DNA of 64,000 nucleotides from Lytechinus pictus (Eukaryota): assembly GCF_037042905.1 (NCBI RefSeq), contig NW_026974140.1, positions 310,001 through 374,000 of the forward strand, written 5' to 3'. The notes below the pieces were generated by a model, which saw nothing but the letters and a program-made list of their open reading frames with translations, searched no databases and was not told the DNA's origin. Of the stretch, positions 1-7,650 are shown piece after piece (positions within the stretch are counted from its first letter, which is position 1; the number at the start of each line of letters is the position of its first letter). The position numbers were made by a program, and so were the translations under genes.

Positions 1-416
1 CGAAAGATATTGTCATTGACAAATCCATATACAGTAAGGAGAAAATGAAATATGCTAATGATTTCCTTTGTTGAATAAACTCTTAGAAATCTTTCTCTGT
101 TAAGCGAATTAAATAAAATTAGGAAAAAGTGGTAAATAATGTCTTTTGAATTGATAATTCGATGAGAATTGTCCTTTTTTTGTTTACTTGCAGTAATGTG
201 AAATGAGAATAAGTACCGTAATCGTATAATGCCTGGAGCTACAGGCGGGGCTGGCAGAGCAAGACATGAATTTATCCTTCCTTGACTTAGAGTGGAAAAA
301 ATAAGATAGGTATTTACAAAATTGAGAAAGAAAACAGAGTAATGTTTCTGATTTTTAATTTTATTCATAAGACGTCCTTGAGAATCAGAAAACAATGATT
401 CATTAACTCTTTGAGA

Positions 417-474
417 GCCATTGGCAGCTATAGCTGCCCATAGCCCTCTAGTGCCATTGGCAGCTATAGTTGCT
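417..474. repeat. Two direct copies of a palindrome-containing motif GCCATTGGCAGCTATAG(C/T)TGC
   Basis: Copies start at ~417 and ~452. The first contains the perfect 16-bp palindrome GGCAGCTATAGCTGCC. Confidence 0.85.
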
Positions 475-1086
475 CAAGTAACTTTTTTTTGTTTAACAAA
501 TTTTACAGCCAGAAAATCAACACCATATTCTGTGTTTTTTATGTTGTTATATTGGCAAGGAATTCACAATTGATTTTGTCATATAAAAAATAGTGGTTTA
601 CATAGACATCAGTTTTTTGAGTAAAATGGGATTTTTGCATCATTATTTTGAAGAGTTGATTTAGGATATTGCCGCGATCTGAATCAAGATTTTCCCTATA
701 GACACGTGTGATATAAAAGTTGTGTGTAGCAATACACATACTTCTATGGGCAGAGCAGAGACGAGTGTGCGAAGGCATTCAGCTCGGAATTGACCAATGA
801 CAGAGCGGTACGATGTCTCTCACCCAACGCTACTCGCCCATTCGCTATTGTTTTATGAATATTCATGAGCTATCGATTGGGTCTTTTGCAGGCCGGTATG
901 GTAGTATTCTTGTGTCAAGGCTTTTTTCTGCCTGCAAATGTGCAAGGTTTGGGGAGATTTTTGGGGGGCGGGGAAAAGGTATTTTACTTTGTTTTTTTAG
1001 CATTCTCACAAAATTGTTCTCGTTATAAATATATGAGTAAAGAAGGCTGTCATTTCCAACTCTTGTCGCACTGCAATCATCACACT

Positions 1087-1256
1087 CATTATTTATTTAT
1101 TCATTTATTATTGTTATTATTATAATCATTATTAGTATTACTATTATCGTAATCATTATTATTGTTATTATTATAATTATTATCATTATTCTTCTTATTA
1201 TTATTATTAATGTTATTGCCATCAGAATCATCATCATCATCATTATGATTATTATT
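1087..1256. repeat. Degenerate (TTA)n/(ATC)n microsatellite
   Basis: Imperfect runs of tta/tca triplets are directly visible. Confidence 0.9.
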
Positions 1257-3704
1257 CAAAAATAATTGTAATCATATCAATTGCATTCCTTCTGCAGCCA
1301 AACTCTCTTCATAAACTTAAGATCAGGTAAATAACGGTTCATATTCGTTTGTGTTTTTATAGCCCAATACATTATAAAACAATAATTACTGACATTGTTA
1401 TGCATATCAATATCATATTCAAGCTTCTTACAAAAATATGAATCGTTCAATATTCTCCTCTAATAAAATAGGAAGAAGCAAAAAAAAAAGTGATAATTCA
1501 AACGGCCGATAATACCGCTTTATTCTTCTCAAGATTTATTTTTTTTCAAGGTGGATGTTTTTCCTTTGCGAAATCAAACCATTGGTGAGAGAAAAGGTAA
1601 ACGGAGTATATACAGTAATATCAGATGTTTTGAGGAAAAGAAAGAAAGGGATATATTAAAAAAACCGATCAGACCGACCTGTTTGTTGCTGCATCATTGA
1701 CGTCACTATCAAGGGGATTTTAAAACGACTTAGAGAGTAGAAAATGAAAATGATAACGGGTTGAATATTACATTTTTTTATACCACGCATATTATTGTAC
1801 ACTATGTTATCTGACAAATTATTTCTTTTAGCTGGGGAGGCCCTGGGCGGATGCAGGATTTTTCTGTAGGAGGTCACCCATAATAAATCAATACCAGAAC
1901 TTTTGAAAGTATTCAAAAGTCAAATCAAAAGACGCGCGTGAGCCCCGATTTCTATGAACATCCTGTGCTAAATTACTCTCCTAGATAATAGGTCAGGAGG
2001 GAATGCGGATTAGAGATTCCTCATGAAAGAGAGTCTGGGCATCTATTGTCCATGACTTGGTGGCATGAACAAAAGAATGTAGTCGCGTAGAATGTTAACA
2101 GGTGGCTACTTTGGTCAGGCCAGTAATACAGAACAAATAGGCCTATTTTCTTTTTGAAAATTGGTATTGATTTTTTTGTTTGTAACTGATCTGCATTCCC
2201 TCTTCTTTGATTCACGAAAACTAAACTTTTTTTTTCTTACTTCTGTGCACTTTGCCATTAACACCCATATTATTTTGTGGGATTTTATACCCCAAACTTG
2301 TAATTATTGAATCTATCCGACCATTATTTATCTATATTTCAATATATCATCTTTAGTTATTTTATATTTTGTCTCCTTCTGACTGGCAATTACTTTGTTT
2401 GTTACACTACGAATAAAAAAAATTACAGAGTCTTATTTTGAAGACTACACGAATTAAAGGGTACGGTTGGCCGCACTTTGAAGATACATGGCTCTAATTT
2501 ATTATTGTGTGTGTTTTGCGTGGGGATCGCAGCTGTGCTGTGATTGGTCACTTGATCGACGACAATGCCCTTTTTTGGAACAAGTCGCTTTCAATTGCGT
2601 GTGTATATACATACTCTATCGTAGTTCAGAGGAAATAACTTGAATAGCAAAATAGTATTTCATTCAAAAGAGCATTATTTTTCGTTATTTCTGTTTGTTC
2701 TTTTTCATCAATACATACGTCATTTGAAAGGGTAAACATTGAACATCCATTTAATCTTCTTAATTTCTTGGTATCTCTACAATTCCTCAGGTTATTTACT
2801 CTTTGAAATGTTCATGAAATCATAATTTTCTAGGTTTTACTTTTTAAAGAAAAAAACGATGTAAAATATTACATCTTTTCTCCATTTTTCGAAACGCAAA
2901 TATGAAAGATAATAACACGACCATAAAGCCCATGAACCATGCATCATTTCATGTGTAGAAGGTTTTATTATACAACGTATGGGTAAAGAATTATGACCGT
3001 TCTAAAATCAGTTGCTTCTCACGTTTCGGTCAATTTAGGATTCCCTCGAATATCCCTGGCAGTAGAGGGGTATTGGGCCTGGCAGAGTAAGAGTTAATAA
3101 AAAAGACTAATAATAACCAGATCAACATGATTTTGATCATAGGGCCTAAAATTGGTCTATAAATATAATAAATTATAAAGTTGGCGTGAAAATATATAAT
3201 TCTACACTGTCAATACCAAATAATGAAAAAAGGACGATATTTCACTGAATTTGACAAAATAATCCAAATGTCACCCATTGCCTAATAGATCACTTTGGAA
3301 ATTTTGTGGTATTAAAGAAAAAAAAAAAAATTATCATAATTTCAAAATGAGCAAAAAATCATTCTTTAGAAACGCACTTTCAAAGTATGCTTTGTCTTTC
3401 GAAATATTTCGAAAAATCTTGGGAGAAAATGTCAATTTTTATTTTTATGGATGAGCAGTGTAAATTACCAATAAACTTCTGAGTATATCAGCGTCATCTT
3501 TCCTACTTTATAAATGATCCCTGTAATTTGTATTAGGCCTAATCCATGACACAACAGAGCTGCTAGCCATATTGTGTGGCAACAAAGCTTCGTACACCGC
3601 GCTTTTAACAAATTTAGCAGACAACGCAATGCTCTTGGAATAACCAGAAGTAAGACAATAGTCAATCAGGCCCAATGAACAAATCGTGCGTGCTGCAATG
3701 CTAT

Positions 3705-4350
3705 GGGGCGCCAAGTGTCCGCCAGTATTTTTCGTCCAAATCAAGCCATTTCGTACACAAAATGTTTTTTTTTTTTAGACGAAAATCATTTCGTCATGAC
3801 GCTGTTTTATTTCGTATATGAAATTAATTTTTGGTCACACAAAATTAATTTCGTCTAGACAAAATGCACAAAATAAATTTCGTCCAGACGAAATGTAATT
3901 GCGTCCACAAACTTTATTTGGCGTGCCATACGAAATAAATTTTGATCAAACGAAATGGCGCACCAAATGTCCGATGGTAAATTCCGTCCAATTCACTCCA
4001 TTCCGTACACAATTTTTGTTCATATGAAAATGATTTCGTCATGACCATAGTTTTATTTCGTATACGAAATTATTTTTGTCACACAAAATCAATTTTCGTT
4101 GAGACGAAATGTAATTGCGTCCACAAAATGTATTTCGCACGTACGAAATGAATTTTTATTTAGCGAAATGGCGCCCCAAGTGTTCAATGGAAAATTTTGT
4201 ACGAAAAAATTTGTTTCACTCCAACGAAAATAATTTCGTCATGATGCAGTGTGATTTCGTATACGAAATTTATTTTGTGTCACACTTATCATCAATTTCG
4301 TCGAGACGAAATAAAATTGTGTCCACGAAATTCATTTCGTTGCGATGCAA
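3705..4350. repeat. About three diverged ~210-250 bp direct repeats rich in TTTCGT/ACGAAA motifs
   Basis: Anchors recur in the same order: GGCGC..CAA(G/A)TGT at ~3707/3957/4170, TTTCGTCATGA at ~3789/4034/4234, TTCGTATA(T/C)GAAATT at ~3811/4057/4256. Confidence 0.75.
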
Positions 4351-4356
4351 AAATCT

Positions 4357-4523
4357 ATTTCGTCGACGAAATGATTTTGTGTCAAAACACAAAAAAATTT
4401 CGTCGACGAAATGATTTTGTGTCAAAACACAAAATATTTCGTCGACGAAATGATTTTGTGTCAAAATACAAAAAAAATTCGTCGACGAAATGATTTTGTA
4501 TCAATACACAAAAAAATTTCGTC
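4357..4523. repeat. 39-40 bp minisatellite, about 4.2 copies, each with palindrome (AT)TTCGTCGACGAA(AT)
   Basis: Units start at ~4357, 4397, 4436 and 4476, with a partial unit at ~4516. Consensus ATTTCGTCGACGAAATGATTTTGTGTCAAAACACAAAAAA. Confidence 0.93.
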
Positions 4524-5012
4524 TCCTCTGTCTGGTAGGGGATATAAGAAGGTCGCTGATTGGCTGCACCTTGCTCAAGCTGTTTTCGCTCCGGGACGGT
4601 CACAGCTCCTGAACTTGCTGAAGGTTGGCATGTTGGTGAACTTATTAGCTTAGATTTCACGTTATTCATGCCTACATGAGCTGCATACAACTGCTCTAAT
4701 CGGTAGGATGTGGACGGACATTGCATTCGTAAGTTCAGCTATGTTTTCTTTTCGAGAGAGAAAGAATTGTAAAATGAAAATGAATAAAAACAAAGATAGA
4801 GAGGGGGAGAGTGAGAAAACAGGTGAACTTTTGAGGGGCATTAAAAAGTCTCAGATTAAAAACACCATTTTTGTTTTTGTGATTGTTTATTTACACAGGG
4901 TCAGTCAAAATATTTTGGAATATGTGCAAGGGAGCGACACATTCACTCACGAGCGGTAGGGACTTGTTTTAGGAAATATGCGTTTTCTAAGAATTGTAAA
5001 CACATATTTTAA

Positions 5013-5403
5013 GGTAAATTGCCAATTCATCTACTGCCATTCAGTCCACTCACCACATGGTCTACCTTCATTTTGTCTAATGTCATTTCGTCCAATAGCA
5101 ATTTCGTCTACCACCCATTTAGTCTAATTCTATATCTCGTCCATTAATCAGTTCGTCCAATGTTCATTTAGTCCAATAGCCATGTTGGCTAATATCAGTT
5201 GGTCCAATATCCAAATTATCTACCGGTACTTGTCATTTCGTCCAATTGCCATTTCGTCTATCATTTCGTCCACCACCCATTAGGTCCAATAATCAATTTG
5301 TCTAACAACCAAATCGTCTTATACCCAGTTCGTCCTATTCTCAAATCGTCCAATAGTCATTTAGTCTAATATCCAATTGGTCCAATAGCCATGTTGTCGA
5401 ATA
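5013..5403 (+). repeat. Degenerate short-period array of (C)ATTT(C/A)GTC(C/T)AA motifs, probably one half of an interspersed repeat
   Basis: Many copies of ttcgtccaa / ttagtctaa / ttggtccaa in one orientation, starting at GGTAAATTGCCAATTCATCTACTGCC. No inverted counterpart is visible. Confidence 0.7.
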
Positions 5404-5424
5404 CAAATACAATGCATTATCCGA

Positions 5425-5548
5425 GGGGGGGGGGGGGGGCGAAATGACTTCTTAAATATACCTTGTAATTACTGAAAATATATAACTAGGCCTGCTATCA
5501 GGAATGGAATGATGCGGTACAGCATGCAGCCTCCCCCCCCCCCCCCCC
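5425..5548. repeat. G15 tract (5425-5439) and C16 tract (5533-5548)
   Basis: Homopolymers read directly, 93 bp apart. Confidence 0.9.
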
Positions 5549-5754
5549 GCTCTCTCTACCACATCACGCACACAAAAGGGGGAATTGGAGTGGTTAAAAA
5601 TGATAAAATTGAAATAGGGTCCTTTGATTTGGAATTTACCCTCATTTTTTTTTAACAAATGCACACCGAAAAATGATAATCATCACTCATCATATAACAA
5701 TGATAATAATAGTAATTAATGATAGTACTAATAAACAATAAATGTACTATAATA

Positions 5755-5949
5755 CACTACTCAAAAAAAGTTAAGGAACACTTTTTAAAACGTACATAAA
5801 GATTTTATACAAGGTGTTTTATTTCTGGAAATTCCTCATTACAACTGTCCTAAATGTCCTTAAACACGCTGTAATCAATTTCACGCATGGGTGGTTTCAG
5901 TTGTTGCACAATGTCTCTCGCATCACTGCACATCCTGAAAAGTGGGCCC
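5755..5949 (+). repeat. Left long imperfect terminal inverted repeat (~195 bp)
   Basis: Aligns to the reverse complement of 7457-7650. Conserved outer 34 bp and inner block (CATGGGTGGTTTCAGTTGTTGCA ... ATCCTGAAAAGTGGGCCC), with a diverged middle. Confidence 0.88.
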
Positions 5950-6012
5950 CGAGGGGTATCAGCTACCGACATGAAGTGGTAAAAACGAATGTCTGAGTGT
6001 CTTTCAGGCAGT

Positions 6013-7041
6013 TCAGTAACGAGTGTGACCACCTCCTGCAGCAATAACGGCTTCACAGCGCTGTCTCATGGAGCTGATGAGGCGATTGATGTCTCTGACG
6101 TTCAGTGCATCCCATGCAGCCTCCAGAGCCACACCCAGCTGCTGCAGTCCAAGTGGATGGGCTTCGAGCTGGTCGAGACTCCTCCCCATCATGTCCCAGA
6201 CGTGCTCTATCGGGTTTAAGTCCGGGGACCTCGCTGGCCACTCCATACGCTCAATCCCCTGGCCCTCAAGGAACTCGGTCACCACCCTAGCTCGGTGGGC
6301 ACGGGCATTGTCATCCATGAAAATGATGTTTTGTCCCACATTTTCTGCAAATGGCACCACTATAGGTTCAAGGACCTCATCCCTGTACCTCACTCCTGTC
6401 ATTGCTCCCCCTGGGACCACGTAGAGACGAGTACGGTTGGCGTAGGTGATGCCTCCCCACACCATGACGCTGCCTCCCCCATAACGGTCATGTTCTGCAA
6501 TACAGGGGTCTGCAAATCTCTCTCCTGGTCGCCTCCAGACTCTCGAACGTCCATCATTGTGGTCAAGGGAAAATCTGCTCTCATCTGTGAACAGAACTCT
6601 ACGCCATTGCTGTCTGGTCCATCTGACATGCTCCCGGGCCCAGTTGAGACGAATTCTTCTGTGAGCAGGGGTGAGTGGGACACACTGAGCTGGCCGTCTG
6701 GCATGCATATTGGCTCTGTGAAGTCGGTTACGGATTGTTTGAGTGGAAACAATCACTCCAGTTGCTGCAGCGAAGTCATTGTTGAGGCGGCGTGCACTGT
6801 GAAAGCGGTTGCGGAGGCTGAGATTCGTCAAGTAGCGATCATCTCTAGGGGTTGTCGAAACTGGTCGGCCACTGCGGGGTCTCTCGGAGTATAGCCCTGT
6901 CTCTCGGTGTCTTTGATTTGCTCTGCTAATGACACTGTGTGACACGCCCATCATTATGGCTACTCTTCGCTGACTGAGGCCAGCTTCCAGCATCCCTAGG
7001 GCTCTGGCTACATCTGTTTCACTTAGGTGGTGTCTTGGCAT
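6013..7041 (-). CDS. Tc1-like DD34E transposase, 342 aa
   Basis: First ATG at 7041 (MPRHH...); the ORF-track start at 7056 is a TTG. N-terminal HTH-like region and GRP linker (RSGRP). Catalytic motifs VLFTDESRF, VMVWGGI, FMDDNARAH and WPARSPDLNPIEHVW. Exactly 34 residues between the second D and the E. No stops or frameshifts. Confidence 0.96.
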   Translation of the reverse strand: MPRHHLSETDVARALGMLEAGLSQRRVAIMMGVSHSVISRANQRHRETGLYSERPRSGRPVSTTPRDDRYLTNLSLRNRFHSARRLNNDFAAATGVIVSTQTIRNRLHRANMHARRPAQCVPLTPAHRRIRLNWAREHVRWTRQQWRRVLFTDESRFSLDHNDGRSRVWRRPGERFADPCIAEHDRYGGGSVMVWGGITYANRTRLYVVPGGAMTGVRYRDEVLEPIVVPFAENVGQNIIFMDDNARAHRARVVTEFLEGQGIERMEWPARSPDLNPIEHVWDMMGRSLDQLEAHPLGLQQLGVALEAAWDALNVRDINRLISSMRQRCEAVIAAGGGHTRY

Positions 7042-7445
7042 TGCTGTTGTAGGCAAGTTGTTGATTGTACAGACTAAAGACGGAAAATGCTTTGGAAGAC
7101 ACTTGTCTTATGGCCCACTGCAATGATGCCAGAGACATCATGAAAGAACTGCATGTGTGAAATTGATGTCATTGTGTTTGATGGCATTCTGGACAGCTGT
7201 ATCTTGGCATTGCTATTGTCAGCAAGTTGTTGATTGTAGAGACTAAAGACAGAAAATGCTTTGGAAGCCACTTTTGTACGGGCACATTGCAATGATGCAA
7301 GAGACATGAAAGAACTGCATGTGTGAAATTGATTTCATTGTGTTTGATGGCATCCTGGACAGCTGTATCTTGGCATTGCTGTTGTCAGCAATTTGTTGAT
7401 TGTAGAGACTAAAGACAGAAAATGCATTTGAATCCACATTTGTAC
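7031..7445. repeat. Internal tandem repeat of 166-169 bp (~2.4 copies) upstream of the transposase
   Basis: CTTGGCATTGCT..TTGTTGATTGTA(C/G)AGACTAAAGAC(G/A)GAAAATGC begins at 7034, 7203 and 7369. Confidence 0.92.
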
Positions 7446-7456
7446 CACTTAACAAT

Positions 7457-7650
7457 GGGCCCACTTTTCAGGATATGCAATAATGCGAGAGACATCATGC
7501 AACAACTGAAACCACCCATGTGTGAAATTGTTACAGGGTGTTTGAGGAGATTCAAGACAGCCATATTCGGGTATTTCTAGAGATACAGCACCCGGTTTGA
7601 AAATTGTATACACACATTAAAAAGTGGTCCTTAACTTTTTTTGAGTAGTG
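7457..7650 (-). repeat. Right long imperfect terminal inverted repeat (~194 bp)
   Basis: Reverse complement aligns to 5755-5949. Confidence 0.88.

Larger units (their letters stand above)
407..3093. mobile_element. Probable non-autonomous TTAA-targeting (piggyBac-like) DNA transposon
   Basis: TTAA at 403-406 and 3094-3097. Both ends read inward CTCTT-N5-GCCA. Subterminal inverted similarity: left CATAGCCCTCTAGTGCCA vs right (reverse complement) AATACCCCTCTACTGCCA. No transposase ORF inside. Confidence 0.5.
5755..7650 (-). mobile_element. Full-length Tc1/mariner (Tc1-family, DD34E) DNA transposon, 1896 bp
   Basis: TA at 5753-5754 and 7651-7652. Terminal 34 bp are inverted with one mismatch (CACTACTCAAAAAAAGTTAAGGA[A/C]CACTTTTTAA). 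Encloses an uninterrupted transposase ORF. Confidence 0.96.

Noticed and set aside
2454..2480. TTAAAGGG start resembling a Kolobok-type terminus
   Set aside because: No matching inverted end was found downstream.
3465..3744. Possible exon or small gene in a moderately GC-rich patch
   Set aside because: No recognisable homology and no partner exons, so it cannot be supported without transcript data.
4115..4726. ORFs with repeated FRRRNDFVSK / FVDEMILCQ peptides
   Set aside because: Translations of the 40-bp minisatellite, with the frame shifting in each unit.
5425..5548. G15/C16 tracts as the TIRs of a small element
   Set aside because: Complementarity is limited to the homopolymers, and there is no TSD or flanking inverted similarity.
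5989..6894. Alternative-frame and antisense ORFs overlapping the transposase (e.g. 199 aa at 6295-6894)
   Set aside because: Shadow ORFs of a GC-rich coding sequence with no recognisable motifs.
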